NCBI GenBank assembly: GCA_963805855.1
Contig: CAWDVW010000006.1
Span: forward strand, 137,693 to 201,692
Direction of reading: 5' to 3'
DNA: 64,000 bases
Source: Candidatus Dadabacteria bacterium
GTDB taxonomy: Bacteria; Desulfobacterota_D; UBA1144; Nemesobacterales; CSP1-2
The notes under the pieces are model-generated. The model saw only the letters and a list, made by a program, of their open reading frames with translations, did not search any database and was not told the origin of the DNA. Each line of letters begins with the position of its first letter. Position 1 is the first letter of the stretch. The position numbers and the translations under genes are program-made. Positions 63,325-64,000 of the stretch are shown here, piece after piece.

Positions 63325-63801
63325 TTATTCAGAAACAACAAATTCTCTTTCCTGAAGTTTTATGATCAGTGGTTTAAATTTCTCGACCTTCACGCGGTGC
63401 TCTCCTGGTGAATCGTAACTCGCGAATATAAAGGTTGCAATTGGTGTCTCTTCTGATTTAGTTGTATATTCTAGTTGTAGTTGATTTCCAGGAGTGATTT
63501 CGCGACCGATCACGAATACATTACCTTCAAATTGGTCAATGTATTTGTTTTTTGAGGCAAACCAGTCGCTCGCAGTGGTGGATTCAAGGGTTCGTGCAAC
63601 TTGATCATCATATGCAGATACTATGTCTACAGCAACTGCTGAGCCCATATTTGCATTTCTGTCGCCGTCAATGGTGATCAGTTGAACTTTGCCAGTAGTC
63701 TTTTTTGTTGTGTCATTAGTTTTAGCGGCACAGGTTAAAATCATAATCGTTAAGCTAATAAACATGCAAAAGGATAAATATTTTTTACTTCCGTCAATCA
63801 T
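63325..63801 (-). CDS. Lipoprotein, function unknown (weak TssJ-like resemblance)
   Basis: Signal peptide plus LTCAA lipobox; about 150-aa beta-rich body. Confidence 0.4.
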   Translation of the reverse strand: MIDGSKKYLSFCMFISLTIMILTCAAKTNDTTKKTTGKVQLITIDGDRNANMGSAVAVDIVSAYDDQVARTLESTTASDWFASKNKYIDQFEGNVFVIGREITPGNQLQLEYTTKSEETPIATFIFASYDSPGEHRVKVEKFKPLIIKLQEREFVVSE

Positions 63802-64000
63802 TTTCTTTCTCCCCCCAAGTTTAAGAATTATAAATTTCGATAAATCCCTAATACAACTTATTGTTATTAAATCATCTTACAATACTTTATATTAATGAAA
63901 AGTAGCAATTCGATTGGCAACTAATTAATGATATATTGCATTTAACGGTAAAATCGGTAATTTATCCATCCTGAGGCAACTAGCTTGAGATACAAAGATT

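Noticed and set aside
1-64000. CRISPR array search
   Set aside because: No series of 3 or more evenly spaced 25-45 bp direct repeats was seen. The repeats found are long dispersed elements or single inverted pairs.

Overview
The window is a 64 kb chromosomal segment from a roughly 40-42% GC bacterium, with no rRNA to place it taxonomically. About three quarters is ordinary core and housekeeping content. A roughly 12 kb block (about 30.9-42.75 kb) looks like a decayed tRNA-linked genomic island: it ends at tRNA-Glu/tRNA-Lys next to a 5'-truncated tyrosine-integrase fragment. It holds a RAYT-like Y1 transposase flanked by perfect 20-bp inverted repeats, a degenerate IS3 element, a DUF4242-adenylate cyclase fusion, and several high-GC foreign gene fragments. 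It also holds nested inverted duplications and a roughly 40-bp motif repeated five times at segment boundaries. Elsewhere there is a mosaic family of MITE-like noncoding repeats (three copies of about 450 bp plus two related shorter copies), one carrying a TGnTATAAT promoter-like box. A stand-alone bacterial eRF1/Pelota-like (baeRF) protein with a GGQ-to-GGE loop is also present. Core genes include peroxiredoxin, IHF, def, rpmB, tpiA-secG, fdxA-like, nth, ECF sigma/anti-sigma, pckG, yedK, trmI, rsmG, mtnP, hldE, cbpA-cbpM-hsp20, apbC, ispG and several radical-SAM proteins. There is also a pspA-VWA operon and a lipoprotein with a near-perfect internal 354-bp tandem duplication carrying CX4CH motifs. 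No CRISPR array or canonical defence cassette was recognised. All calls are from reading the sequence and ORF translations only, with no database searches.
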